This document shows, piece by piece, positions 28,064 to 38,855 of a DNA stretch of 64,000 nucleotides; within the stretch, counting starts at the first letter, position 1, and each line of letters starts with the position of its first letter. The DNA comes from Alphaproteobacteria bacterium (GTDB lineage Bacteria > Pseudomonadota > Alphaproteobacteria > UBA7985), in assembly GCA_965661545.1 (NCBI GenBank), contig CBFIEF010000006.1:17522-81521 (forward strand), given 5' to 3'. The translations under genes were made by a program, and so were the position numbers. The notes below the pieces were generated by a model that saw nothing but the letters and a program-made list of their open reading frames with translations, was not told where the DNA came from and did no database searches.

Positions 28064-28642
28064 CTAATCGTGCTCAGGCAGGATGACCGCTTGAGCGCAT
28101 CGGACATTGCCATCGACCGTGGTCATGCTCGGATCGCCGTAAAGCACGTAACCGTCGGCCAGTGCCTTTGATACCTTCTTGCAAAACTCGCGGCTGTCCA
28201 GGCCGGTGAGCAGGCGGTAGGCCAGCCGTTCTTTGCTAGCGGTCTCTTCCTCAGCTTTGGGCTTGATGGTTTCGATGCGGTACTGCGCGGTCGCGTCGTC
28301 CACTGTGGACCAAGCCATTTCCTGCCATTTGCCTTCAGCTTCGGCATAGCTGGCGTAAGGACCGAAGCGCTCCGGCACGCCTGCCCACTCTTTAAACGAC
28401 GTGTCTTTGAACGTACCGCCGATGACCCAATAAGCCCCCGCCGCGCCGAAATCGACATCTTCTTCTTCGATGTGGAAATGCGCGTTGCAGTCGTCGACGG
28501 TTTCCCACGCCAAACGCTGCCATTCTTTTAGCGCTTTATCGTAGTCGTCAAACGGACCTTCGCGGACTTCGGTGGAGCCTTCTGCAAGGTTCTTGAAAGC
28601 GGTCGACTCGTATTCGCCGCCTACGACCCAGAATTGACGCAT
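28064..28642 (-). CDS. Protein with two DUF4170-like domains and a C-terminal DUF1737-like domain
   Basis: Internal duplication WVVGGEY...GPF...W..LAWETVDD / WVIGGTF...GPY...W..MAWSTVDD, then YRLLTG..FCKKVSKALADGYVLYGDP. Confidence 0.7.
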   Translation of the reverse strand: MRQFWVVGGEYESTAFKNLAEGSTEVREGPFDDYDKALKEWQRLAWETVDDCNAHFHIEEEDVDFGAAGAYWVIGGTFKDTSFKEWAGVPERFGPYASYAEAEGKWQEMAWSTVDDATAQYRIETIKPKAEEETASKERLAYRLLTGLDSREFCKKVSKALADGYVLYGDPSMTTVDGNVRCAQAVILPEHD

Positions 28643-28725
28643 GATTCTTGTCTCAACTGTTTTGGTGATGTTGGACAGTTTCTTTAACCGGCTACGCCGC
28701 GGTTGTCATCGGACAAGCTGGTAAA

Positions 28726-29322
28726 TCAGGCGTGACCACCGATGGAAGCAAGTTGGCCGGGGTCGATGCCCAGCTTGTCGATGGCTTGTTTCCACGCAGG
28801 TTCGTTCTCAGAGACAAAGATCAACTCGTGGTCTGGCTCGATGCTGACCCACGCATTGGCCTCGAGTTCCTGTTCCAACTGCCCTGGCGACCACTGGGAG
28901 CAGCCGAGCGCGATCAGATAGTTCTCTGGGCCCACGCCTTCCGCAATATCACGCAGAATTTCGACCGCTGTTGTCAGGCAGACGTCGTCGGTGACTTTGA
29001 TGGTTGTGTCGTGGCTGTAGTCCGGTGAATGCAGCACGAACCCGCGTTGTTCCTGCACCGGACCACCGCGCGTTACCCGTCCGCGTGGAGGGACCAAAGC
29101 GTCAATCGACAGGTTTTCCAGAACTTCCGTGAACGTCAAAGCGTGATGGACATGGTTCACCACCACACCCATCGCCCCGTCTTCACCATGCAGGCACATG
29201 TAGATGACGGACTTTTCAAATAATGGATCACCCACGTGCGGTGTTGCCACCAGCAGCTTTCCTTGTAAGCCAAAGGGTGTGTTTCTCATCGAAAAGTCTG
29301 GATCAGTCACAATGTCTTCCAT
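28726..29322 (-). CDS. YqgE/AlgH family protein
   Basis: LLVATP..DPLFEKSVIY, GGPVQEQRGFVLH, WSPGQLEQEL, C-terminal GHA; start uncertain. Confidence 0.92.
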   Translation of the reverse strand: MEDIVTDPDFSMRNTPFGLQGKLLVATPHVGDPLFEKSVIYMCLHGEDGAMGVVVNHVHHALTFTEVLENLSIDALVPPRGRVTRGGPVQEQRGFVLHSPDYSHDTTIKVTDDVCLTTAVEILRDIAEGVGPENYLIALGCSQWSPGQLEQELEANAWVSIEPDHELIFVSENEPAWKQAIDKLGIDPGQLASIGGHA

Positions 29323-29549
29323 GGTTGTAAGACTAGGGGACCGTGGCTGGGTGTAAAGGCGCAAATCGGTCCTATTGTGTTTCACATCTTTTCACAGGAC
29401 AGTCGGTCACACGACACGTCATGCTCCGCAGGACGTGATGCGACAGGAGCGAGAAAATTGCTTAAGGGATGAAGCAGAGACGATTCTGCCCGCTCGCCGG
29501 AAGGGGTCGAACCATATTCAGGCACCGCATTCGTTCTGGCAGGGGATCA

Positions 29550-31676
29550 ATGACACTATTCCAGCGCATTTGGCTCGGCTTGGCCGCCATCTCAACGCTC
29601 GCCTTTGGCGTGTCCGTTTCTCCCGCAATAGCAGATGCATCGTTCTGGATGCAGGGTGTGAAGTCCGAGGTACGCGTGATTTCTCCCTATACGGCTACCG
29701 GTGAGAACGAGGCCACGGTGCCGCTCGGGCTTGAGTTCAAAATGAACGAGGGCTGGCACATCTATTGGCGTAATCCTGGGGAGGCGGGCTTGCCGCCAAA
29801 GTTGGAATACGGTCAGTCCCTGAATATCCAAGACGTATCCTTTTCCTGGCCTGTCCCTGTTCGCGATGTGCAGTTCGGCATCGAGACCTTCATCTATAAA
29901 GACACCGTCGTTTTGCCCTTTGACGTGACCCTGCAGCAGCCGGGGCAACCGTTAGATCTGCGCGGGCGGGTTGATTTCCTGATTTGTGAGGAAGTCTGCA
30001 TTCCCGATACGGTGGATGTTGCCTTTACCCTGCCCGGTGGACCCGCCAGCGTTGCCGCGAATGAGGCGGCGCTGCTCAATACCTTTGAGACACGGGTTCC
30101 AGCAGACAATAGCGGATCGGTGGGGTTGACGGTTGATGCCATCACCTTTGAACCAGCGACCGACCCAGAAACACCAGCTCTGATTGGTCATCTCGTGACC
30201 GACATCAGTTCGGTCTTTGAGATGAGCAACCCTGACGTTTTCGCTGAAGTACCAGAAGGCTATTTCGTGCGTCAGCCAGTGGTGAGCTTGGCCGAAGATG
30301 CAATGACTGGCGTGGTGCGTTCGCCGGTTTTTCGGGAAAACTGGGCGACAGAGGAAACATCTACAGCCGAGTTTAAGATCACCGTAGCCGATGGTATTCG
30401 CGGCGTTGAGCTGACGCCGTTCCGCTTGCTCGACGGTTTCGGAACTGGAGCAATGACGACGGCTTCAGCGCCGGACGTTTTGGACCTGTCACTGCCGACA
30501 CTGCTGGGTATGCTGGTGCTGGCCGTCATTGGTGGTTTCATTCTAAACTTTATGCCGTGTGTGCTGCCGGTGCTATCGCTGAAGATGTTCTCGGTGGTTT
30601 CTCATGGCGGTCAAGCGGATACAAAAATTCGGCTGTCTTTTGCTGCCACGGCGGCTGGAATTTTAGTCAGCTTTCTGATCCTTGCTCTGATCTTCGCGGG
30701 CCTGAAGCTTGCCGGCGCATCCTTTGGATGGGGCGTGCAGTTTACCCAGCCGTTGTTCATCCTCGCGCTGCTGGTCGTCTTACTTGGCTTTGCCCTGAAC
30801 CTCTTTGGCCTTTTCGAGATTCCCAACATTCCCGGCCTTGGCGGCTTGGGGGCCAATCAGCGCGGCTTTTTGGGTGATTTCACTTCGGGTGTTTTAGCAA
30901 CTTTGCTGGCGACACCCTGCTCTGCGCCTTTCCTGGGCACGGCCATTGGTTTTGCACTCGCTGCGCCGATCTCAATCCTTATCCTGATCTTTATGTTTGT
31001 CGGGGTCGGTCTCGCACTGCCGTACTTGGCCGTGATTGCTTTCCCCAAGTTGGCATCCGTGATGCCAAAGCCGGGCCGGTGGATGATGCAGCTGCGTCAA
31101 GTGCTGGGCCTCGCACTGGTAATTACGGCGGTTTGGCTGGTGGGCGTGTTGCTCAAGCAGTGGGGCGTTGGTTCGGACTGGCGCTTGGCTGCGGCGCTGA
31201 TTGCCGGTGCTGCCTTTGCGGTGGGTGCTTACTTTGCCAAGTGGCGCACAGTTGGACTAGGTGCGATTGCAGCGGTCCTTCCACTCGCCGCCATCATCGT
31301 CGCTAGCCCCCAAGCGGCGGTGAGCAAAGATGCAATCTTCCAGCCCTTTAGCGAAGCGGCGCTACAGGCGGCTTTGGACGATGGTAAAACAGTGTTTGTC
31401 GATGTTACGGCGGACTGGTGCCTTACGTGTAAAACCAACAAGATCCGCGCCATCAACGTCGACAATGTTAAAGCTGAATTGGCAAAAAGTGACGTTGTCG
31501 CTTTGCAGGCCGATTGGACCACTTATGACCCATCTATCACCACCTATCTGGCGTCGTTGGGTCGTCGAGCCATCCCGTTTGATGCTGTCTACAGCGGTAA
31601 AACAGGTGCGGTTGAGGTTCTGCCAGAGCTGCTATCTGCGAACAATGTGCTGGAAGCGCTTGATCGTGCGCGATGA
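29550..31676 (+). CDS. Protein-disulfide reductase DsbD family (ScsB-like)
   Basis: GWHIYWRNPG, CEEVC, LNFMPCVLP, LATPCSAPF, TADWCLTC thioredoxin domain. Confidence 0.92.
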   Translation: MTLFQRIWLGLAAISTLAFGVSVSPAIADASFWMQGVKSEVRVISPYTATGENEATVPLGLEFKMNEGWHIYWRNPGEAGLPPKLEYGQSLNIQDVSFSWPVPVRDVQFGIETFIYKDTVVLPFDVTLQQPGQPLDLRGRVDFLICEEVCIPDTVDVAFTLPGGPASVAANEAALLNTFETRVPADNSGSVGLTVDAITFEPATDPETPALIGHLVTDISSVFEMSNPDVFAEVPEGYFVRQPVVSLAEDAMTGVVRSPVFRENWATEETSTAEFKITVADGIRGVELTPFRLLDGFGTGAMTTASAPDVLDLSLPTLLGMLVLAVIGGFILNFMPCVLPVLSLKMFSVVSHGGQADTKIRLSFAATAAGILVSFLILALIFAGLKLAGASFGWGVQFTQPLFILALLVVLLGFALNLFGLFEIPNIPGLGGLGANQRGFLGDFTSGVLATLLATPCSAPFLGTAIGFALAAPISILILIFMFVGVGLALPYLAVIAFPKLASVMPKPGRWMMQLRQVLGLALVITAVWLVGVLLKQWGVGSDWRLAAALIAGAAFAVGAYFAKWRTVGLGAIAAVLPLAAIIVASPQAAVSKDAIFQPFSEAALQAALDDGKTVFVDVTADWCLTCKTNKIRAINVDNVKAELAKSDVVALQADWTTYDPSITTYLASLGRRAIPFDAVYSGKTGAVEVLPELLSANNVLEALDRAR

Positions 31677-31718
31677 ATGAACCACTTCTGAGGCATACGT
31701 ACCAAAATATGAAAAGAG

Positions 31719-32195
31719 ATGTCTCACATGACGATTAAAGTTGGCGACGCGCTTCCCGACGTAATGGTAAAGACTTGGGAGGACGGTGTTGCTGACCTTT
31801 CCATCGGTTCTCTGACCGAAGGCAAAACCGCTGTGATCTTCGGTTTGCCTGGTGCCTTTACGCCAACATGCAGCATTCGACACCTGCCGGGTTTCGTCGA
31901 TCATGCTGAGGAATTGATGGCGAAAGGCGTAGACATCATCGCCGTTCATTCGGTCAACGATCCGCACGTCATGAACGCCTGGAACAAGCAGCAAGGGTCT
32001 GAACTCATTCACACCATTGCTGACTGGAACGCTGAGTTTGCCAAAGCACTGGGTGTCGAGGCGGACATGTCACGGACCGGCCTTGGCATTCGCGCTAAGC
32101 GGTACGCCATGATCGTCAAGAACGGCCAAGTCACATACTTCGGCGAAGGTGATTTGGAATTTTCTGGTGCAGAGGCAATTCTTGCTGCGCTCTAG
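31719..32195 (+). CDS. Peroxiredoxin (Prx5 / type II)
   Basis: PGAFTPTCS..HLPG, SVNDPHVMNAW. Confidence 0.93.
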   Translation: MSHMTIKVGDALPDVMVKTWEDGVADLSIGSLTEGKTAVIFGLPGAFTPTCSIRHLPGFVDHAEELMAKGVDIIAVHSVNDPHVMNAWNKQQGSELIHTIADWNAEFAKALGVEADMSRTGLGIRAKRYAMIVKNGQVTYFGEGDLEFSGAEAILAAL

Positions 32196-32207
32196 CGCCT
32201 TAGGAAC

Positions 32208-32645
32208 CTAAGACTTTCGAGAGGGCATAGCGAGGCGCGCCAGCTCGTCACACCGTTCGTTTTCGGCGTGGCCCGCGTGCCCTTTTACCCATTTCCACTC
32301 GACTGTATGCCGCGAACGGGCCGCATCGAGGGCCTTCCACAAGTCCTCGTTCTTCACTGGCTTTTTCTGCGAATTTTTCCAGCCGCGTTTCTTCCACCCA
32401 TCGATCCAAGACGTAATGCCGTCCTTGACGTAGGTGCTGTCTGTTGTCAGCACGATATCGCAAGGTCGTTTCAGGGCGTTCAGCGCTTCGATCGCAGCGG
32501 TCAGTTCCATGCGATTGTTGGTGGTATCCGCCTCGCCGCCCGAAAGCTCCCGGACTGTCTCGCCATAGCGCAAGATCGCGCCCCAACCGCCCGGGCCGGG
32601 ATTGCCGCTGCACGCGCCATCGGTAAAAATCTCGACCTGAGCCAT
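32208..32645 (-). CDS. rnhA: Ribonuclease HI
   Basis: [32 protein letters not shown]. Confidence 0.97.
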   Translation of the reverse strand: MAQVEIFTDGACSGNPGPGGWGAILRYGETVRELSGGEADTTNNRMELTAAIEALNALKRPCDIVLTTDSTYVKDGITSWIDGWKKRGWKNSQKKPVKNEDLWKALDAARSRHTVEWKWVKGHAGHAENERCDELARLAMPSRKS

Positions 32646-33610
32646 TAGACGACATCTCGCAATTCAAGCGGCACGTTGAAGATCACGTTTTCCTCGCGGA
32701 CAACTTCGAGATTGACGGTCACGTCGAAATCCAGCCGCAGCGCGTCCAAGATTTCTTCAACCAGCACTTCTGGTGCCGACGCGCCAGCGGTGAGGCCCAA
32801 GGTGCTGACGCCGGAGAGGTCCAACTGGGCCACGTCAGCGCCGCGCTGGACCAAGAAAGCTTTGGCGACGCCGGACTGTTGCGCCACGTCCACCAAGCGA
32901 TTCGAGTTCGATGAATTTGGTGCGCCAACAACAAGAAAACCGTCACACCCCGGCGCAATAATCTTCACGGCTTCCTGCCGATTGGTGGTGGCGTAACAAA
33001 TGTCGCCGGCTTTTGGCTCTGTGATGGCCGGAAAGCGCTGTTTGAGGGCTTCTATTACCGCACTGGTGTCATCAACCGAAAGCGTCGTTTGGGTCACGTA
33101 GGCGAGGCCTGAACCGTCTTCACCGTCATTCGCGTCGATGCTTGCCACGTCAGCGGGGTGCTCAATCAGTGTTACGGCATTAGCGGGGAGCTGTCCTAGG
33201 GTTCCAATGACCTCTGGGTGGCCGTCATGGCCGATCAGGATCACGCGCTTGCCTGCGCCGTGAGCGCGCTCGGCTTCGCGGTGGACTTTTGAGACGAGCG
33301 GACACGTTGCATCGACGAAGTGCAGGTTTCGCCGCTGGGCTTCTTCAGGAACGGATTTTGGTACGCCGTGAGCGGAAAAGATGACGGGACGGTCGTCTGG
33401 TGCTTCGGTCAATTCATCGATGAAGATTGCGCCCTTGGTCTCTAGTCCTTCGACCACGAAACGGTTGTGCACGATTTCATGGCGGACATAGACCGGCGGC
33501 CCGTACTTCTTCAAAGCCAGTTCGACAATATCAATGGCACGGACAACGCCGGCGCAAAAACCACGAGGTGCGGCGAGCTTGACGGTCAGGTTAGGTTTGG
33601 TGGCGCTCAT
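32645..33610 (-). CDS. ispH: 4-hydroxy-3-methylbut-2-enyl diphosphate reductase
   Basis: [52 protein letters not shown]. Confidence 0.97.
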   Translation of the reverse strand: MSATKPNLTVKLAAPRGFCAGVVRAIDIVELALKKYGPPVYVRHEIVHNRFVVEGLETKGAIFIDELTEAPDDRPVIFSAHGVPKSVPEEAQRRNLHFVDATCPLVSKVHREAERAHGAGKRVILIGHDGHPEVIGTLGQLPANAVTLIEHPADVASIDANDGEDGSGLAYVTQTTLSVDDTSAVIEALKQRFPAITEPKAGDICYATTNRQEAVKIIAPGCDGFLVVGAPNSSNSNRLVDVAQQSGVAKAFLVQRGADVAQLDLSGVSTLGLTAGASAPEVLVEEILDALRLDFDVTVNLEVVREENVIFNVPLELRDVV

Positions 33611-33658
33611 GGGGACTGATCCTTCATCACTGTCCCTCAAATAGAATCCTCCGAGCAA

Positions 33659-35192
33659 CTAAGCCAGTGCTGTCCGTCGGAAAGATAGCGCTTCTGCAAT
33701 GTGCAGACGTTTGATCCGGTCCTGATTTTCGAGATCAGCGATGGTTCTGGCGACCCTCAGCAGACGGTGAAACCCGCGCGCTGACAGGTTGAGTTGCTCT
33801 GCGGCTTCAGCGATCAGCGCTTGGCCATCGGGTTCGAGTTCACAGTGCTTTTCCAGGAGTTCGCCCTCGAGAGACGCGTTAACCGGTGGCTTATTGAGCA
33901 GATTTTCTGTGCTCTGGCGGCTGAAGCGGTCGGCCTGTCGGGCCCGTGCCTGCTGCACCCGCTTTGCGATGTCCGCGGTGCCTTCTTTGGCCGGTGCCAA
34001 AGTCAGGTCCATCGCGGACACGGCTGGGACTTCCAAAACCAGATCAATCCGGTCGTAGAGCGGCCCGCTGATTTTCGCCTGATAATCCTGTCCGCACTTT
34101 GGCGCACGAGAGCATGCGCGCGAGGGGTCGGCCAAATAGCCGCACCGACATGGATTCATCGCGGCAATCAGCTGAAAGTGTGCGGGATAGGTTACGTGCG
34201 CGTTAGCGCGTGAAACAGTTACAGTGCCAGTCTCGATCGGCTGGCGCAAAGCCTCCAACACGCGCCGATCAAACTCGGGCAACTCATCGAGAAACAGCAC
34301 GCCTAAATGCGCCAGCGTGACCTCGCCCGGCTTAGCCTTGCTGCCGCCGCCGACCAATGCAGGCAGACTCGCAGAGTGATGCGGGTCGCGGTAAGGACGA
34401 GCCGTGACAAGCCCTTCTTCGGTGAGTGTGCCAGCTAAGGAATGCACCATCGTGACGGAAAGCGCTTCTTCGGCGCTCAGCGGCGGTAACAGGCCGGGCA
34501 GGCGTGCGGAGAGCATGGATTTGCCCGCACCGGGTGGACCGAGCAGCAGCAAGTTATGCCCGCCCGCTGCGGGTAATCTCTAACGCGCGTTTGGCGGTTT
34601 CCTGGCCTTTGATATCGCGCATGTCCAAAGCAACGTTGTGCGTGCTGACGCGCTCTTGCACTTGAGGACGCGGGATTTGTCCTCGTCCCATCAAGTGGTT
34701 CATCAGTGAAAGCAGGCTCTTGGGCGCGATGATGTCGAGGTTTTCGCCAGCCCACGCCGCTTCAGTTCCTTGTGCTTCGGGGCAGATGAAGCCGTGGTTT
34801 TGGCGGTTGGCGTGAATGGCAGCGGGCAGGGCGCCCAGCACGGAGTTGATCGACCCGTCCAATCCCAACTCGCCCATTGCCAGCATGCCATCGAGACAGT
34901 CTGGCGGCAGCACTTCCATTTCCACCAGCAAGGCCAACACAATGGGCAGGTCGAAATGCGTGCCTTCCTTGGACAGATCCGCAGGGGCAAGATTGATAGA
35001 AACGTGCGCAGGCGGTTGCATCAGCCCCAACGACGCCAAAGCGCCGCGCACACGCTCCTTGCTCTCACCGACCGCGCGTTCAGGCAGGCCGACGATGTTG
35101 ACCTTTGGCAATCCGCTGGTCATGAGCACTTGAACGTCGACGGTTTGCACGTCGAGGCCTTGGAAAGAAACTGTTTTGATATGAGCGACCAT
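33659..35192 (-). pseudogene. comM: ComM/YifB Mg-chelatase-like AAA+ helicase, split by a 1-nt insertion (pseudogene or sequencing error)
   Basis: ORFs 34554-35192 (ESKERVR, INLAPAD, KEGTHFDLP, DIKGQ) and 33659-34552 (GPPGAGKS, PHHS, LFLDE, AMNPC); removing one G from GGG at 34571-34573 restores EITAAGGHNLLLLGPPG. Confidence 0.9.
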
Positions 35193-35230
35193 GCACGGGC
35201 TTTAGCACCTTTTGCGTGTGATCGCGATGC

Positions 35231-36550
35231 CTAACTCGCCTTCGCCAAGGGGCGGCTGTCCGTGTTGCGCAAGGCGAGCCAAGCGACCCCACAGGCAAAG
35301 AAAATGAACACCCCACCGAACACGCATTGCGTCGAGTAACTCACGCCCAAATCCTTGAGCCCGCCCATGACCAGCGGGCCAGAGGCAGAAACAAAAACGA
35401 CGGCCGTGGTGCTCAGCGTCCGTACCTTGCCTAAGTGCTGCACACCGTAAAGCTCCGGCCACAGCGTGTTGAACGTGGTCCCATAAAACGCCACTGCAAT
35501 GGCCAGCAGCAGCAAGCACAGCATCATCGCAGCAAACGGCGTCAGCGCGCCCAGCAGCAGCAGGCCAAGCCCAAATGGTAGCAGGGAGAACGGGAACAAA
35601 CGGGTAGCCGTGAACTTGTCCACCAGCCAGCCTGCGACCGGATTTAGGGCAAAAGCCGCAATGGGGTAGAAACTCCAGTAATAGGGCCAAAGCTCCGGGT
35701 TCCAGCCCTTTTCCTCTAGGACGGAAACAATGTGGAAAAATAGGCCGGTGAAGATCCCCGACTGCGCCAGCAACATTGGGACAATCAACCAGAAGCGCCC
35801 ATCGCGCAGAACTTCGCCGCGTGTCCATTGACGCCGCCGCGAGCCCGGTTGGGCTGCCAGTACACGGGCATCATCGGCCAATCTGGCCTCCAGCGCGTTG
35901 TTTCGGGCTGGCATATCGCGGAGCAAGAACGGCAGCACGGGAAAGACGCTCAGCGCAATCAAGCCGGACATGACCAGGAAAGCCCCGCGCCAACCAATAT
36001 CAATCTCGAACATCGCCAGCGCGGGTGGCAGGGCCAATTGGCCAATCAAATAGGACGCAAACAGCGGTAGGATTAGCTCTCCGGCTGAATAGGCGACACC
36101 GAGTAAACCTGTCGCACGCCCTTTGAATCGCTCGTAATAGCGCCCCATGCTGGCGTTTGCGACATGCCCCATCAAGGCCTGACCAAATTGTCGGAGCAGG
36201 AAGAAGGACAGCAGTAAGAAGATCCAATGCGGGGTTGCAGCCATGGTCAATCCGGCAACAACGGCCCCGAGAACAACGATCCCGCCGATGCGACTGAGCG
36301 GCATACGATCCACCAGACCCCCAGACCATAGGATCAGCAAGCCACTGGCAAAAGTCGCTGCGCCATAGATTTGACCATACTGGCCGTCGGTCAGAGAGAA
36401 CGCTTCCCGCAGTTCGCCGCCAAAGAAGCCAATCAGGTAGGTTTGACCAATACCAGACCAAAACACCAGCGACGCACCAAAGCCAACAAATCGAATATCA
36501 GGCCACCCAAGGTCGCGCCAATGCGCCGGATCCCAGTTTTGCGGCTTCAT
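35231..36550 (-). CDS. MFS transporter
   Basis: Many TM segments, GQTYLIG, GGLVDR, GWLVDK; ATG 36550 overlaps gshB stop (TGATG). Confidence 0.88.
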   Translation of the reverse strand: MKPQNWDPAHWRDLGWPDIRFVGFGASLVFWSGIGQTYLIGFFGGELREAFSLTDGQYGQIYGAATFASGLLILWSGGLVDRMPLSRIGGIVVLGAVVAGLTMAATPHWIFLLLSFFLLRQFGQALMGHVANASMGRYYERFKGRATGLLGVAYSAGELILPLFASYLIGQLALPPALAMFEIDIGWRGAFLVMSGLIALSVFPVLPFLLRDMPARNNALEARLADDARVLAAQPGSRRRQWTRGEVLRDGRFWLIVPMLLAQSGIFTGLFFHIVSVLEEKGWNPELWPYYWSFYPIAAFALNPVAGWLVDKFTATRLFPFSLLPFGLGLLLLGALTPFAAMMLCLLLLAIAVAFYGTTFNTLWPELYGVQHLGKVRTLSTTAVVFVSASGPLVMGGLKDLGVSYSTQCVFGGVFIFFACGVAWLALRNTDSRPLAKAS

Positions 36551-37515
36551 CAGGCGAAGCGTCTTTCGATTGCATCCCAAATCAAAGCAGGGCCATCGGT
36601 GCCGTCAAAGCGCTGCAGTTCTTGCAAGCCAGTGGGGGAGGTCACGTTGATTTCTGTCATGCTGTCACCGATCACGTCGATACCGACAAAGATCAGATCC
36701 CGCTCTTTGAGCACGGGGCCGAGCGCATCACAGATCTCGCGCTCGCGGTCGGTGAGTTTGACAGGCTCAGCACGCCCACCAACGTGAAGGTTTGCGCGAG
36801 CTTCGCCGGCAGCCGGGATGCGGTTGATCGCGCCGATGGGCTCGCCATCCACTAGAATGATGCGCTTATCACCCGCGCGGATTGCGGGCAAATAGGCTTG
36901 GATCATCAGTTGCTCTCTGGATGACAGCAGCAGTGTTTCCAGCAGGGATGTAAGGTTCTCGTCGTCGGGCTTGAGATGGAATACCCCCGCGCCGCCATTC
37001 CCGAACAGGGGCTTTACAATGATGTCGCGATGCTCGTCGCGGAAGGCCATGATGTCTTCGGCGTTTCGGCTGATCATTGTCGGCGGCATGAACTCAGCGA
37101 ATTCGGTCACGAAAATCTTTTCGGGGGCATTGCGGACGTGGCCGGGATGGTTCACGCAAAACGTCTGATTCTCACCCACGCCGTGAATGCTTTCCAGCAG
37201 GTGCGTTGCGGCGATGTATTGCATGTCAAAGGGAGGATCTTGCCGCATCAGCACGACGTCACTTTCGCGCGCCAAATCGATTGAGCGAGCGGCGCTGAAT
37301 TGCGCGTGGTCATCATAGTCGCGCTGGATGGTTACAGGGCGCACGTGTGCACGGATGGTGCCATTTTCGTACGTCAGGGTGTCTGGATGGTATTCAACCA
37401 TGGAATGCCCGCGCCGCTGGGCTTCGAGCATCATTGCAAAAGTTGAGTCGGCGTCAATATTGACGCTTTCGAGTGGGTCCATCTGGACCGCGATACGCAG
37501 AGCCATGCTTACCAT
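36550..37515 (-). CDS. gshB: Glutathione synthetase
   Basis: IAVQMDP, MRQDPPFD, NAPEK, KPLFGNGG, GDKRI, EINVTSPTG. Confidence 0.97.
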   Translation of the reverse strand: MVSMALRIAVQMDPLESVNIDADSTFAMMLEAQRRGHSMVEYHPDTLTYENGTIRAHVRPVTIQRDYDDHAQFSAARSIDLARESDVVLMRQDPPFDMQYIAATHLLESIHGVGENQTFCVNHPGHVRNAPEKIFVTEFAEFMPPTMISRNAEDIMAFRDEHRDIIVKPLFGNGGAGVFHLKPDDENLTSLLETLLLSSREQLMIQAYLPAIRAGDKRIILVDGEPIGAINRIPAAGEARANLHVGGRAEPVKLTDREREICDALGPVLKERDLIFVGIDVIGDSMTEINVTSPTGLQELQRFDGTDGPALIWDAIERRFA

Positions 37516-37539
37516 CCCCTTGGATCAAGTGCTGGCCCA

Positions 37540-38472
37540 TCAATTCAACTGACTGCGCACCTCGTCAAGCAGGGACTGCACGCGAACAGACAACGCAGGC
37601 TCCTGCATTGTCTCAACCGCGTTCTCAAACGCGAGGACAGCAGCGCGCAAATTGCCCAGCCGCTGATGGATTAAACCGGCTTCTTGCCAGAAAACACCGT
37701 TCCCCGGTTCGAGCAATAAGAGCCGCTCCAGCACCAAAATCGCGTCCTCCAAACGGCTTTCCCTCAGCGCCCGGATTTTCAGGTTGTTCTGCATGCGGGT
37801 GAGAACGTCTCGGTCGCGAACGCTGCGGGTAAATGACAGATCCATTTCTGCCGCAGGTCCGTGGAATCGCTTGAGCGTGGCGCGCAGGTCTTGGGGTTCA
37901 AGGATGCGGGCGTCGTTGAAGGGATCAAAAATCGCTGACCCTTCGTCGGTATTAATGCGCAGCAAAAAGTGTCCCGGGAAGTTCAAGCCATCAACGCTAA
38001 AGTTGCAGCAGCGGGCAACGTGGATATACAGCAGTCCTAGACTAACCGGCAGTCCGCGCCGGTTGTCGATCACGGAAACGATGTCGGCGTTTTCTGAAGC
38101 ATCGTAGTTTTGCGTCGCACCAACAAAGCCCCCCTCACTCTGCATAATCTGGCGCAGCCAATCGACCTGTTCGGCGGCAGGTGGTTTGCTGTCGTACACG
38201 GCAACCCACTCTTCAGCAGCCTGAGACAGGGCGTTCATCTGTTCAATAGTGGCATCAAAGTCTGGAAAGCCTGTGTTGGTCTGAATGCGCGCGTAAGCCG
38301 CGATATCCAGCGCGGCTTGCAGGATTGGAAACGACCCGAGTGACGACTTTCCATGCGCCCGAAGCTTGGCAACCAATTCGCGCTCGGTTGCTGGTGGGAC
38401 GGTCAGTGGGTTAGGCACTCTGAAGTCAGTCAAGGCCAAATCCAGTTTGTTTTCAGTTGTTTGCTGAGGCAC
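37540..38472 (-). CDS. SirB1 family (transglutaminase-like + TPR) protein
   Basis: VIDNRRGLPVSLGLLY, GLNFPGHFLLR, FDPFN, RMQNNLK, TPR-like C-terminus. Confidence 0.88.
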   Translation of the reverse strand: MPQQTTENKLDLALTDFRVPNPLTVPPATERELVAKLRAHGKSSLGSFPILQAALDIAAYARIQTNTGFPDFDATIEQMNALSQAAEEWVAVYDSKPPAAEQVDWLRQIMQSEGGFVGATQNYDASENADIVSVIDNRRGLPVSLGLLYIHVARCCNFSVDGLNFPGHFLLRINTDEGSAIFDPFNDARILEPQDLRATLKRFHGPAAEMDLSFTRSVRDRDVLTRMQNNLKIRALRESRLEDAILVLERLLLLEPGNGVFWQEAGLIHQRLGNLRAAVLAFENAVETMQEPALSVRVQSLLDEVRSQLN

Positions 38473-38475
38473 GAA

Positions 38476-38838
38476 TCACGTGGTCCATGCCCCTTCGATA
38501 TGCTGCAATTTTTGTTCTGCGCCAACGAGTATCGCATCGAATCTGAACAAGTACGTCGGCTTGAAGGCGTTTTCGCGGATCCACAATTGAGCGGCATTCG
38601 CAATGCGCCGTTGTTGAGCTTGGCCTATCATTTGGCGTGCGGAGTGGATTGTTCTGCTTGTTTTGACCTCGACGAAGATAATCATCCGGTTTTTCTGCGC
38701 GATTATGTCAATTTCGCCAATCTTGCAGGTCCAGTTTGTTTCCAGAATTTCAAAGCCGTTCGTCAGAAGGTGACGCTTTGCCGCAGCCTCGCCGCCTTGG
38801 CCCACAAAATTATTTACCTGCGCCTGCCACGGTTTCAT
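38476..38838 (-). CDS. yraN: YraN family nuclease
   Basis: GEIDIIA..IFVEVK, RFDAI. Confidence 0.92.
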   Translation of the reverse strand: MKPWQAQVNNFVGQGGEAAAKRHLLTNGFEILETNWTCKIGEIDIIAQKNRMIIFVEVKTSRTIHSARQMIGQAQQRRIANAAQLWIRENAFKPTYLFRFDAILVGAEQKLQHIEGAWTT

Positions 38839-38855
38839 CGAATATGCCTCTCACC

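Noticed and set aside
34545-34580. Programmed ribosomal frameshift in comM
   Set aside because: No canonical slippery heptamer or long homopolymer; a simple indel is more parsimonious
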